The position numbers were made by a program, and so were the translations under genes. This document shows, piece by piece, positions 28,338-38,986 of a stretch of DNA of 64,000 nt. Where the stretch lies: the IMG/VR virus record IMGVR_UViG_3300044641_009805, positions 124,001-188,000 of that record; one strand, given 5' to 3'. The notes beneath the pieces are model-generated. The model was given only the letters and a program-made list of their open reading frames with translations. It was not told the DNA's origin and did no database searches. The first letter of the stretch is position 1; every line of letters begins with the position of its first letter.

Positions 28338-30173
28338 ATGGCAATAAATGATTTAAAGAACTATCGTATTAGGACTTATCTAGCAAAAGATTTTGATTCT
28401 CTTCGAGCTCAGCTTGTTCAATACGCAAGGACTTATTACCCTGATAAGATACAAGATTTTTCTGAATCTTCTATGGGAGGAATGTTATTAGACTTAGCCG
28501 CCTATACAGGCGATGTGATGTCTTTCTACTTAGATCATCAATACAACGAATTAGATTACAACGCTGCGATTGAACCGCAAAACATAGAACGAGCTATCAG
28601 ATCTTCAGGGGTTAAAATAACGGGAGCTTCTCCTTCAATAGTTGATTTAACTTTTGTTATCGAAGTTCCATCATCGATAGTTTCTAACGCCATAGTTCCT
28701 TCTGCTGAAGCTCTACCGATCGTAAGGGCAAATTCTATCTTTACTTCTAACTCAGGAATAGACTTTACGTTGCTTTCAGACGTAGATTTTTCCAGAAAAA
28801 GATCAGATGGTACTTTTTTAGCTGATGTTCAAGTTGGAAAGATATCTGGGGATGGTACTCCTCTTAGCTTTGTCATGGTTTTAGATGGACAATGCATTTC
28901 TGGTAAACAAGAAAAAGAATCTTTTTCGTTAAGCGGAGAATTACCATTTAGGACGATTGAATTATCAAGAAGCAATGTCACGGAAATATTATCGGTGTTT
29001 GATAGCAAAGGTAACGTTTATTACGAAGTTAGTTCGTTGACAGATGATGTTGTCTATCGTAACGTATTGAATTTAGCTAGAGATTCTCAAGAAATATCTG
29101 AAGCTATAAAAGTAATACCAGCTCCGTATCGGTACATCACCAATGTTGATCTAAGCACCAGAAAAACCTATATGATCATGGGTGGAGGTTCAGACACCAG
29201 TCTTGAAGACGATGCGGTTCCTGATCCATCTGAGTTTGCAATTAGCTTTCCTTATTCGAAAACGTTCTCTAGAACAACAGTTAACCCTCTTCAAATGTTG
29301 AAGACGAGGACTTTGGGAGTGTATGCGCCAGAGTCTCAATTAACAGTGGTTTATAGATATGGCGGTGGACTATCTCACAACGTTCCTGCAAAGACTATCA
29401 ACACTATCACTAGTATGACAGTGGATTTTCCGCTAAATCCAAAGCTTTCAGTTATAAACGCAGTTAGAAATGGCATGGTCGTCACGAACAAGAAGGTGGC
29501 TTCAGGAGGAGAAGAAGCACCAGGCGTCGACGAGTTGAAATCCTTAATTCCTTCAGCAAGAAATGCTCAAGAAAGAATTGTGACAAGAGAAGATTTGCTT
29601 GCTAGGATCTATTCTATACCTTCTAACTTTGGTCGAGTATTTAGAGCTGCAGTTCGTTCAAATCCCAACAACCCTCTAGCGACTCAACTTTACGTTGTTT
29701 CAAGATCTGCAAATTCCACTTTAATAAATAGTCCTGATACGTTGAAAGAAAATCTTCGAAAATATATTGCCCCTTATCGTCTGGTGAATGATGCAATCGA
29801 TATATTAGACGCTTACATAGTCAATCTATCGATGATTTTCGAGGTCGTTGCCGATCCTTCCTTGAATAAACAAATTTTACTGCAAGAAATCTTGGTAAAG
29901 TTGATCGATCGTCTCAATATTAAGAATTTTTCTATAGATCAACCAATTGTCATCAACGATTTGCAGAATTTGATATATAACACCCCTGGTGTTATCGCTG
30001 TTACTAATATAGAATTCTTTAATTTAAACGGAAAGATAAACAATCTTCAATACAGCGAAAATTCTTTTGACGTAAAAATGCATCTTAGAAAAGGTATGTT
30101 ATATCCACCAGAAGGTGGAATATTCGAATTCAAATTTCCCAACGTAGACATAATTGGAAGGACTAGCATATAA
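28338..30173 (+). CDS. Baseplate wedge subunit (gp6/GpJ-like)
   Basis: KDFDSLRAQL, DFSESSMGGMLLDLAAYTGDVMSFYLD, YRYGGG, ASGGEE, AQERIVTREDL. Confidence 0.9.
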   Translation: MAINDLKNYRIRTYLAKDFDSLRAQLVQYARTYYPDKIQDFSESSMGGMLLDLAAYTGDVMSFYLDHQYNELDYNAAIEPQNIERAIRSSGVKITGASPSIVDLTFVIEVPSSIVSNAIVPSAEALPIVRANSIFTSNSGIDFTLLSDVDFSRKRSDGTFLADVQVGKISGDGTPLSFVMVLDGQCISGKQEKESFSLSGELPFRTIELSRSNVTEILSVFDSKGNVYYEVSSLTDDVVYRNVLNLARDSQEISEAIKVIPAPYRYITNVDLSTRKTYMIMGGGSDTSLEDDAVPDPSEFAISFPYSKTFSRTTVNPLQMLKTRTLGVYAPESQLTVVYRYGGGLSHNVPAKTINTITSMTVDFPLNPKLSVINAVRNGMVVTNKKVASGGEEAPGVDELKSLIPSARNAQERIVTREDLLARIYSIPSNFGRVFRAAVRSNPNNPLATQLYVVSRSANSTLINSPDTLKENLRKYIAPYRLVNDAIDILDAYIVNLSMIFEVVADPSLNKQILLQEILVKLIDRLNIKNFSIDQPIVINDLQNLIYNTPGVIAVTNIEFFNLNGKINNLQYSENSFDVKMHLRKGMLYPPEGGIFEFKFPNVDIIGRTSI

Positions 30174-31717
30174 TGTATAAAGTATTGTTAGCGGATAAAG
30201 ACGCTTATATTACTAACAGATTTGTTAGAAACGCAAGTACTTCGTCCATAAAAACTAGTTCAAATGTTGGCGCGGCTTCTACTTTAGATCTTTTTAAATT
30301 GTACGGATCTAATCTTGATGAGAATGGCAATCCAAGAAAAGAACTCTCAAGAATTCTCATTCATTTTGATCTGCAACCCTTAAAAGACCTAATATCGCAA
30401 AATAAGATAAACATTAATCATTCGTCTTTCAATTGCAAATTGCAACTATTTGATGTGTACGGAGGGCAAACAACTCCAAATAATTTCGACATCTCAGCTT
30501 ATCCTTTGTCCAGATCTTTTGATGAAGGAGAAGGAAGAGATGTAGTTTATTACTCTGATATTGATTACTGCAATTTCTTATCTTCATCTTTCTCTGAAGG
30601 ATCATGGTTTGTTACAGGATGTTCGTTGGCGGGTTATGCTGAATCAAGCTGCGATTATATAACATCATCAAATTTGTTGTCTATTTCTAGCTTTGAGTCT
30701 AAACAACATTTTGCTTCTGGAGAAGAAAATCTAGATTTAGATGTTACAACCATCGTGTCAGCTACTCTTTCAGGTGATTTGCCTGATAACGGATTTAGAA
30801 TTTCTTTCTCTAACGTTGAAGAAAACAACGCTTATTCTTACTTTGTTAAAAGGTTCGCTGCTAGAACGGCTTACAATTCTTCAAAACACCCACGAATGGT
30901 TATAAGATATAACGACTCGATTATTGATGATTCAAGGATATTAAGATTCGACACGACATCAACGATGTTTTTAAGAAATTATCGAGATGATCAACTTTCT
31001 AACATCTTGAGTGGATCTTCTTTATCGCATGTGACTGGTAGCAATTGTTTGTTGTTAAAGCTAAAGACAATGAGGTCTGATGGGAGTGGATCTTACTCAA
31101 TATATGCGACAGGATCTCAACATTTCGACGGCTTGAATTATTTTGCAGGATTATATTCTGCATCATTTGTGCTTCCACAATCGGACTCAATTTTATACGC
31201 TGAACTAGCTAAATCAGGTTCTGTTCTTTTCACTCCTATCTGGAGTTCATTAGATGAATCTGTAGTTTATTACACTGGATCTGACTTGTACGCTTATCCA
31301 CCCAACAGAAGTTCTGCTATACTTGATGGAAAAGAATATGTGATCACGACGACAGGATTACAAAACTTGCATAGGTCGAATGAAGACGTGATAGTTCGTC
31401 TTAACATATTCGATTATACTGCACCTTTTATAAAGTTAGTTAAAAAACCAATTAACTTGCCTGGGATAGTGTTAAAAAGAACTTATTATCAAGTAAGAGA
31501 TTTTTCGACAAACGAAGTAATAATTCCATTTGATGAAGTTTATAACTCAACAAGAGTGTCTAGTGACACCGACGGCATGTACTTTAACTTGGATATGTCT
31601 AGTTTACCGCTAGATAGAAGTTATGTAGTTGATATAATGGTTAACGTGATAGGGTACAAAAAAATCTATAAGGCTGTCTCAAATGTATTTAACGTTAGCA
31701 ACTCTCAAGTTTCGTGA
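30173..31717 (+). CDS. Baseplate-associated virion protein
   Basis: ADKDAYI, SRILIHFDL, HPRMVIRYND; position in the baseplate module. Confidence 0.6.
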   Translation: MYKVLLADKDAYITNRFVRNASTSSIKTSSNVGAASTLDLFKLYGSNLDENGNPRKELSRILIHFDLQPLKDLISQNKININHSSFNCKLQLFDVYGGQTTPNNFDISAYPLSRSFDEGEGRDVVYYSDIDYCNFLSSSFSEGSWFVTGCSLAGYAESSCDYITSSNLLSISSFESKQHFASGEENLDLDVTTIVSATLSGDLPDNGFRISFSNVEENNAYSYFVKRFAARTAYNSSKHPRMVIRYNDSIIDDSRILRFDTTSTMFLRNYRDDQLSNILSGSSLSHVTGSNCLLLKLKTMRSDGSGSYSIYATGSQHFDGLNYFAGLYSASFVLPQSDSILYAELAKSGSVLFTPIWSSLDESVVYYTGSDLYAYPPNRSSAILDGKEYVITTTGLQNLHRSNEDVIVRLNIFDYTAPFIKLVKKPINLPGIVLKRTYYQVRDFSTNEVIIPFDEVYNSTRVSSDTDGMYFNLDMSSLPLDRSYVVDIMVNVIGYKKIYKAVSNVFNVSNSQVS

Positions 31718-31731
31718 TGTAAGGCAAACAA

Positions 31732-34700
31732 ATGGCTAATTACAGTTTCACTCAGTACGTACCTTCTTTTATAAAGGCAGTTGGAGATAACAACAGATCT
31801 TACGTATTGAAGTTTGCAGATTTACCTGAATCTGACTCCAGCAACGAAAACTCATTTGCAAACGACATTCAGGGAACAGGATTAAAATCTACTCAGCAGC
31901 TCGACATAGACTGGTCAAAATTTGAAAATCATACTTTCTTTATGTCAGCGGAAGCTAAAGTTAACTTAGCTTTTGAGTTGATAATTAACTCTTATCCTTT
32001 CGACGGTAGTAAAGAAGAAATAGATTCATTTTTTTCGAACTTGACTGGATTTGAAAAATGGGTTTTTGATCAAATTCCGAAGTACAAAGGAGAGTTGCTT
32101 TTTTCAGGAACCCAGCTATCCGAAACGACTCCTGACAAAGGAACTTATATAGTCGTAAAAGACATCCCGGGATCGATGTTTCCATCACTTAACCCTGATG
32201 CGTTAGTAAAGTCTTCAGTTCTTAATCCAAAGAATGATAAGTCACTAAGCGTAGAAATGCAGCTTTTCATTCCAAGCATACAAACTGCAGGAACGCAAAT
32301 AGTCTTTCAAAAAATAAATGCCAGCAACAACCACGGAATATCTTTGCGATTGAATCCTACAACTTCGACAGATGAAGTTGAGGCACAGTTTGACGTGTTT
32401 TCAGGATCAGCTGCAATGACGGTTTCATCGCAAATTAAAAAAGGCGAATTTAATCATTTATGCGTGGTGTTGGATAAAGAATCTAACAACAATGTTTTAA
32501 GATTTTATAATAATGAAATTTTAAAAGCTACTTCTGATAGCATGTATTTAACCAATCTTGATATCGACTATAATGATTTTGTCATAGGTAGCGGAACGTC
32601 TTACAAGGTAGCTTCTACTATAGTCACCCCGCAACAGACGTTATCAGGGGTTCTTGATGAGTTAAGAGTTTTTCATAGCGTTAGAAGCGTGCTCCAACAA
32701 ACTTCTTACGCAAAAAAATCAATTTTTTCTACTCCTGATTTAAAGTTATATTATCGATTCAATGAACCAGCCCCTCCGCTGTCACCAATCAACAATGACG
32801 TAACGAACACGATCGTTCTTGATAGCTCAGGAAACTCTTTACATTCCTACGTTAGAAATTTCGAAGATTCTTTAAGGATTGACGCTGCTGCTGATACAAC
32901 AAGCAACATGACATATGAAAAGCTGTCGACTTGTCCGGTTCTATTCCCAGCCTATGCAGGAGTCGTTGCTTTAAATAATGATCTTTTAAACGAAGCTGCT
33001 GATTTTGATGCAGAAAATCCCAATTTGATAACGAAGTTAATTCCCAGACACTATCTTTTAGAAGGTGCTGCGTTAGAAGGGTTCAATACTGCGTTACAAA
33101 ATAACGGTTCTCAGTATTCAGGTACAGGAATTCCTGGACAAGGTAAGTTAAATAACGTTCAATTGTTGCTGTCTTTGCTTTATATTTGGGCAAAGTTTTT
33201 TGATGAAATTAAGTTGTTTCTTGACACGTTTAGCACAATCAAGTACGTCTCTTATGATACTAGAGAAAGTGCTCCTGATAATTTTCTTTTTGACATAGCG
33301 AAAAGCTATGGATTCTATATTCCTCCGCTGTTTGCCAATTCTACAGTCGAACAATACTTGCAGGGAGAAAATATCGATCCTCTATTTAAGAGCAATGAAT
33401 CTCTGTCTTTACAGCAAGTTCAAAATTCAATACTACGTAGAGTTCTAGTCAATTTACCGTCGGTCATACGTTCAAAAGGGACTCAACATAGCATAAAATC
33501 ATTTCTCAGAGCAGTAGGAATAGATCCAGACAGCAGCATGAGATTTAGAGAGTACGGTGGACCTACTTACAAAGTTCTATCAAAATCTAGAGAGCTGAAG
33601 TCTGACGTAACTACGATGATTAACTTTACCTCTTCTTCGTTAGTAACGTCTCAATACCTTTCAGGTTCTAGAATAGAGGTAGGAAAACCAAAAATCGCAG
33701 GAAATTATGTTCAAGATCCTTCATATGGATTTCACGGAATTTCTGATGACCCGAATGATGGGCTCTTTACTTCAGGTTCTTGGACTTTTGAGACCGCTGT
33801 CAAATACGGATCAATCAATTCTGGTGTTATATTATCAACGACACAATCTTTAGCTAGATTGTGCGTGACTGGTTCTGGCATACAAAATCCTGGATTGGTT
33901 GCAAATTTGGTTACTTACAACGATGACAATGATCCAAGAATTGATTTGTTTTTGCGGCCTGGCAATTCGACTTCTGCGCCTCTTTTCAAACTACGTTTGA
34001 ATTTAGATAAGTCTTCTATTTTCAATGGAGACGTGTGGAACGTTTCGTTCGGATGTATAAGGAATGATGAGATAGAATCTTTAGCTTCATCTTCTTATTA
34101 CATTCGAGCAGGATTTCAGAACGAAGGAGAAATTCAAGCATATTACACGACTTCATCTTACTTTTTTGAACTAGCTGGGATGGGATCTCCTGATGAAAAT
34201 GCTTTCAGAAGCCTTAATTCAACATTAAATGCTTCTGGAACTTTTTTGAGCGTAGGTTCCAATCAAGTAATTCCAGATGGAACTACTTCGACTTATCTTT
34301 ACCTTAACAACTCTTCAGTTGTTGCCGACGAAGCAGCTAGAAGCGTTGTCTTTGAAGGAAGGTTAGCTAAGACAAGATTTTGGTCAAAGTCATTTACCAC
34401 CAAAGAATGGTCGGAACACATACGAAACTATCAGTCTTTGGGTGTGTCTGATCCATCCAAAAACTACAATTACGTGTACACGGTATCAGGTTCTTTCGAA
34501 AAGCTAAGACTAGATTCTTTATCTAAACAATCGAATAGAACGGCTTCTGCTCCTGACGGAAGCATCACGTTCTTGGATTTCAGTGAAAATAACATGCACA
34601 TGTTGGGAACGGGATTTCCAACGGCCACTGACTTTTTCTTACCTGAAATTATTAGGTATTCACACTTGTCTTCGTACTATGATGAAGCGCTGTCTAACGA

Positions 34701-35232
34701 TAAGATAAGAGTTCGTGGATATCTAGAAGATTCTTTGATTGATGCAAACCCTTGGGCTTCGAGAGCGCCCGTTCATCAGATATCTAGATCGGAAAGCCCA
34801 ACAGATGATACTAGATTTTCAATCGATTTTTCTTTGGTTGATTCTTTAAACAATGACATAGTGAACATGTTCTCAACGTTTGAAGCGCTAGAGAATGCGA
34901 TAGGAAATCCTGATTTAGTCTATTCCCCTGATTATCCAGATCTAGAAACTTTGAGAAACGTGTACTTTAATCGTTTGAAAGAAAAACTAAATTTCAAGGC
35001 TTTTTTTGAGTTCTATAGTTGGTTTGATAATTCGATAAGCAATTTTATAGAACAGTTGATACCTAGAAAGACAGTGTATAAAGGTACTAACTTTATCGTA
35101 GAGTCTCACATGCTTGAAAGGCATAAGCAAGAGTATTATTCTAGCGAGATATATCTAGGCGAAAATGATCGCAATAGAATTAGAGACAATTTGTTGCTTC
35201 AACAAATAGCTGGAACGATAAGGAGATTCTAA
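31732..35232 (+). CDS. Large baseplate protein with LamG/concanavalin-like domains and a gp7/GpI-like segment
   Basis: FNHLCVV, SGVLDELRVF, LKLYYRFNE, VLDSSGN; NLPSVIRSKGTQHSIKSFLRAVGI. Confidence 0.75.
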   Translation: MANYSFTQYVPSFIKAVGDNNRSYVLKFADLPESDSSNENSFANDIQGTGLKSTQQLDIDWSKFENHTFFMSAEAKVNLAFELIINSYPFDGSKEEIDSFFSNLTGFEKWVFDQIPKYKGELLFSGTQLSETTPDKGTYIVVKDIPGSMFPSLNPDALVKSSVLNPKNDKSLSVEMQLFIPSIQTAGTQIVFQKINASNNHGISLRLNPTTSTDEVEAQFDVFSGSAAMTVSSQIKKGEFNHLCVVLDKESNNNVLRFYNNEILKATSDSMYLTNLDIDYNDFVIGSGTSYKVASTIVTPQQTLSGVLDELRVFHSVRSVLQQTSYAKKSIFSTPDLKLYYRFNEPAPPLSPINNDVTNTIVLDSSGNSLHSYVRNFEDSLRIDAAADTTSNMTYEKLSTCPVLFPAYAGVVALNNDLLNEAADFDAENPNLITKLIPRHYLLEGAALEGFNTALQNNGSQYSGTGIPGQGKLNNVQLLLSLLYIWAKFFDEIKLFLDTFSTIKYVSYDTRESAPDNFLFDIAKSYGFYIPPLFANSTVEQYLQGENIDPLFKSNESLSLQQVQNSILRRVLVNLPSVIRSKGTQHSIKSFLRAVGIDPDSSMRFREYGGPTYKVLSKSRELKSDVTTMINFTSSSLVTSQYLSGSRIEVGKPKIAGNYVQDPSYGFHGISDDPNDGLFTSGSWTFETAVKYGSINSGVILSTTQSLARLCVTGSGIQNPGLVANLVTYNDDNDPRIDLFLRPGNSTSAPLFKLRLNLDKSSIFNGDVWNVSFGCIRNDEIESLASSSYYIRAGFQNEGEIQAYYTTSSYFFELAGMGSPDENAFRSLNSTLNASGTFLSVGSNQVIPDGTTSTYLYLNNSSVVADEAARSVVFEGRLAKTRFWSKSFTTKEWSEHIRNYQSLGVSDPSKNYNYVYTVSGSFEKLRLDSLSKQSNRTASAPDGSITFLDFSENNMHMLGTGFPTATDFFLPEIIRYSHLSSYYDEALSNDKIRVRGYLEDSLIDANPWASRAPVHQISRSESPTDDTRFSIDFSLVDSLNNDIVNMFSTFEALENAIGNPDLVYSPDYPDLETLRNVYFNRLKEKLNFKAFFEFYSWFDNSISNFIEQLIPRKTVYKGTNFIVESHMLERHKQEYYSSEIYLGENDRNRIRDNLLLQQIAGTIRRF

Positions 35233-36128
35233 TGGGAAATGAAGTTAGCAAAGCTTTACAGCTATTGACACCCAAAAAAAATACTAATTTTTTCTATGGT
35301 TTCTTACCTAGAATTAATAAAGAATATTTTGATGATGGTCAGGGTGAAAGCAACGATCTAAAACTCAAGCCTTCGTCAACTGAATTCGTTTTAACTGGTT
35401 CGATGGATACATCTGCCATCGACGCTTTTAGACAAGGCGTAGAGATCACAAGGTCTCAACATTTTGACGCGGGAACTTCTTTAAAAATTCACGCAGGTGA
35501 ACCCGGAGGGGTCGTCAGAAAAAATTCTTATGGATATGATCGTAATTTTAGAAAAGATAATTTTTATAGCGATATTGATTATTTTGATCCTGTCGACTAC
35601 CTGACGTCAACTCGAGTTTTTTCATATCCTATTATTACTGGTGATAATGATGAAACTGAAAATTATAACTTCAACGGCGTAATTGAGCCTTTAACCATAA
35701 GAGCTCTAGTTTCGTTTTTTAGCATTGACGTTCCCTTCGAAGCTCACGACGTGAAAGCCAACCTAGAGGACGGCAACAGCACCATAATTCGATCTAATGA
35801 TAGAATTAAGACGGTTCGAGAAAGAAATGAGAACAGGATTGTTCCTTGGTTGGACATGATAGACATGGTGGGAGAAGTCAAGAAAATCCCAACGATGGGA
35901 TATTTTAACGACGATCGTACTTTTATTGCTCCGTTTAACGATCAAAAGTATAAGTTAGAATTATCATCAAACTTAGAAGGTACAATGCTTTTAGCCGCAA
36001 GACTGTTGAATGGGTCAACCGATAACTACGTTGCTGACGGGTACATATCTGCAACGGCAGGGTGGACGTACGATGACGTGACGGTTCATGGAACTGATTC
36101 GATTGCATTTGGAGGGTTTGGATACTAA
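35232..36128 (+). CDS. Virion structural protein, unknown function
   Basis: Coupled ORF within the baseplate module. Confidence 0.6.
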   Translation: MGNEVSKALQLLTPKKNTNFFYGFLPRINKEYFDDGQGESNDLKLKPSSTEFVLTGSMDTSAIDAFRQGVEITRSQHFDAGTSLKIHAGEPGGVVRKNSYGYDRNFRKDNFYSDIDYFDPVDYLTSTRVFSYPIITGDNDETENYNFNGVIEPLTIRALVSFFSIDVPFEAHDVKANLEDGNSTIIRSNDRIKTVRERNENRIVPWLDMIDMVGEVKKIPTMGYFNDDRTFIAPFNDQKYKLELSSNLEGTMLLAARLLNGSTDNYVADGYISATAGWTYDDVTVHGTDSIAFGGFGY

Positions 36129-38986
36129 TGCCTTCCGCAAGATCTTCTAGAACGCCTCCGCAGAGGTTATTCAAAGATTATATTTTAACCAAAGAAATAG
36201 GTAGAGGTCTTTCTGGGGTCGATGCATCGTTATTCGTACCAATCCCAGGTTCAGTTGGACAACCAAGCGCTGATGATGCAGTTTCTTCTGAGCTGGACAT
36301 CGGATTTGGATTTCAGATCAACGGCATCACATACAATAAGTTCGTCGTTTCGACAAACGGATGGATGCTTCTTGTCGATCCTTCGTTCGCATTTTCTTTG
36401 GGTGATATTTTATCTTCAACTTCTGGAGAAAATTGGTCTATAAATTCAAGCTTTGGAGGTAAGCAACATCTCTTGCTTGCCCCATGGTTTGATGATTTAA
36501 AAAACAAATACGATCTAGCTTCTCTCTTCACGACAGTCCAACAAGACTCCGTGAACAAAGGGCTTTTCCCCCTCACTGATGCCTACCATCCTACAGCAAA
36601 TGGAGTGATGTATTGCATCGACAAAAATTCTCCTTTAGGAAAAAGGCTTATCATTAGATGGCATTCAATTTCCTTAGCCGAAGACAACGTTTTGATTTTT
36701 GAATGTATAGTTTATGAGAACGGCCGCGTTGAGTTTAGATACTCACCTCGTTCTGGTTGGAGATTATACACTGGCGGATCGAACGATAATGCGACCGTAG
36801 GAGTCTTTCTTGACGGCTATTATCAAATGCGTGATTTTGCTACTGAACTAGATTATTCTAAGTCTGCAAGAAAATTATCTACTTATGGCGGAGCAGAATA
36901 CGATTCATCCTACTCTGACACCGACACGGCTTTAAATGTAGCTAGTTATTCTATAGGTCTACGTCCTTTGCTTAATTGGCCAGGTCAAAAAAACTTTGGA
37001 TCAACTTTGGTATTCCAACCTCCGTTGAACAAGCGAAGAATATTGCCTAGACAAAGTTTACGAAACCTAGATTGTAAGAGTTCTCTACCCACTACTGCTC
37101 GTACAGGGGATAATAGGCTAGGGAACAAGAATATCATTTTCAATGATAATAATTCTATTTTGTATGGAAAAAGAAAGAACGCAAAATCTGGAATTGTTAT
37201 AGATGGTCAACAGCCCGTTAATTACCCGACAACTTTACCTAGGTTTTACGGAAATTCCACTTCAGATTCAACTCATCGTCAGGATTTGTTTTCAGGAGAT
37301 TTTTTAGTAACAGGAAGTGTCGTGAAATCTTTGGTTCAAGATTTCTTGGTTTTGAAAGATGATTCTAAAGTTCCTGCTTTTGAAGATCACAAAAGGTATG
37401 AGATTGAATCTAGAGAAGACAGCTTTTTTTCTGTTGGAACATCTCCAGTAGACGTAGGGTTTGGTTTCTCTCACCCACTACAGTCGAAAACTCAAATAAG
37501 AATGTCGTTCCGCGTGGATCATAAAACCACCATGTTCGGCGCTTCTTCAAGCATTTATTACTATAACTCCACCACAAAACGATGGCAATATCCGACTTCT
37601 TCTTTTGCAGAGGGATTCGATATAGCTAATCACTATGAAGACACTTATTACAATCGTCTGACTGAGGTAGATAGAGGATTTAACGCATTCGGTTTTAATA
37701 TTTCTTCAGGATCTAATAGTGACGATTTTCGCATCAATTTCAGTTATCCGACTGACGATGTTTTTAATAAAGGTTGGACTAGAGACAATGAAACCTTAGC
37801 TTTAAATAAATACTACAGTAAAAGCATACAAAACGATCCAAGATATGCAGCAATTAAAGATGAAACTATCGTGGTTCCAATTTCTCAACCTTTCTTGTTA
37901 GAAAAAGCAGTTATAGAAATTCCTTTTGAAATGGGTCCAGGATGGTTTAACGATAAAACGCAGTGTTTCTTGCCGATAGGAAATCTTATCGATTCTTCAT
38001 ATAGCCCGTCAGCGTTAAGTACACCTTTTGACATAGGAGGTCCTGGAATAACTTTCGCATTGTTCAACCAAATAAACATAGGAGGAAGAACTCGTAGAGA
38101 TTTAATCATGTCTGGCACAATCACACATTCGTTAGACAATGAAACGAAAATAGTGTATTCTAGATCACCAGACTTAGTTTCTTTAGGTGGTGATGTTTGG
38201 CAAATTATCCCTCAAGGATTTAATGCCTATGGTACACCATCAGCCGTGGTGACAGGAAACTCTGGATCTGTAGGATATTATTTCACCGGTAGTGTTCGTT
38301 TAAAATGCGAATCAGCCATATCTAACGGAGTCCTGGTCAGAGATACAATCTACATGAATCAAACTTTGGGGTATTTGACTGCTTCATTAAAGACAGTTTT
38401 CAACAGTCCAGAATGGAGTTTAATAGGCAGAGGATCAATAGAAAATTTTAATCAAGATCTTGGTGGAAATGGATTTAGAGCAAGAACGATTGTTGCAGCT
38501 AATAACTTAGGTAGAGGTGGCACAGGATTCGAACCATCAGGCAGATCGACGTTTGGTAAAGAGTATGTTACTTCTCAAGGACTTTCTCAAGGAAACTATT
38601 CAAATGTTTTCTACAAGTACAAAGACGGAAATATATTATCTGAGCTAATCGATCTAGCGACAGCAGCCTCTCCAACACCGGAATTTTATGCAACTTCCGC
38701 AATTAACCAACAGAAAACTTTAACTTCTCCTTATTTGTTATTCCCAAACGATAGACTAGTTTTTTCTATCTCCAAATCAAGACCTCATTTCTTTTCCACT
38801 GAAGTCGCTAGGCCATACACCTCTGGGTCAATACAACATGACGTTAAGTTATCAACTGGAAGCATCAACATTACGTTATATGGAAGCTTGATTTCTAATG
38901 GTAGAGAATTTCACGATCCGCTGAACCAAGAACTGTCTTCAGACGCAATTCATGAAGTAGTTATAGGAGAGACAAAAACATGGTAG
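36128..38986 (+). CDS. Large virion protein with an N-terminal nidogen/NIDO-like beta domain
   Basis: DIGFGFQINGITYNKFVVSTNG, LAPWFDDL, FECIVYENGRVEFRY, ATVG. Confidence 0.6.
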   Translation: MPSARSSRTPPQRLFKDYILTKEIGRGLSGVDASLFVPIPGSVGQPSADDAVSSELDIGFGFQINGITYNKFVVSTNGWMLLVDPSFAFSLGDILSSTSGENWSINSSFGGKQHLLLAPWFDDLKNKYDLASLFTTVQQDSVNKGLFPLTDAYHPTANGVMYCIDKNSPLGKRLIIRWHSISLAEDNVLIFECIVYENGRVEFRYSPRSGWRLYTGGSNDNATVGVFLDGYYQMRDFATELDYSKSARKLSTYGGAEYDSSYSDTDTALNVASYSIGLRPLLNWPGQKNFGSTLVFQPPLNKRRILPRQSLRNLDCKSSLPTTARTGDNRLGNKNIIFNDNNSILYGKRKNAKSGIVIDGQQPVNYPTTLPRFYGNSTSDSTHRQDLFSGDFLVTGSVVKSLVQDFLVLKDDSKVPAFEDHKRYEIESREDSFFSVGTSPVDVGFGFSHPLQSKTQIRMSFRVDHKTTMFGASSSIYYYNSTTKRWQYPTSSFAEGFDIANHYEDTYYNRLTEVDRGFNAFGFNISSGSNSDDFRINFSYPTDDVFNKGWTRDNETLALNKYYSKSIQNDPRYAAIKDETIVVPISQPFLLEKAVIEIPFEMGPGWFNDKTQCFLPIGNLIDSSYSPSALSTPFDIGGPGITFALFNQINIGGRTRRDLIMSGTITHSLDNETKIVYSRSPDLVSLGGDVWQIIPQGFNAYGTPSAVVTGNSGSVGYYFTGSVRLKCESAISNGVLVRDTIYMNQTLGYLTASLKTVFNSPEWSLIGRGSIENFNQDLGGNGFRARTIVAANNLGRGGTGFEPSGRSTFGKEYVTSQGLSQGNYSNVFYKYKDGNILSELIDLATAASPTPEFYATSAINQQKTLTSPYLLFPNDRLVFSISKSRPHFFSTEVARPYTSGSIQHDVKLSTGSINITLYGSLISNGREFHDPLNQELSSDAIHEVVIGETKTW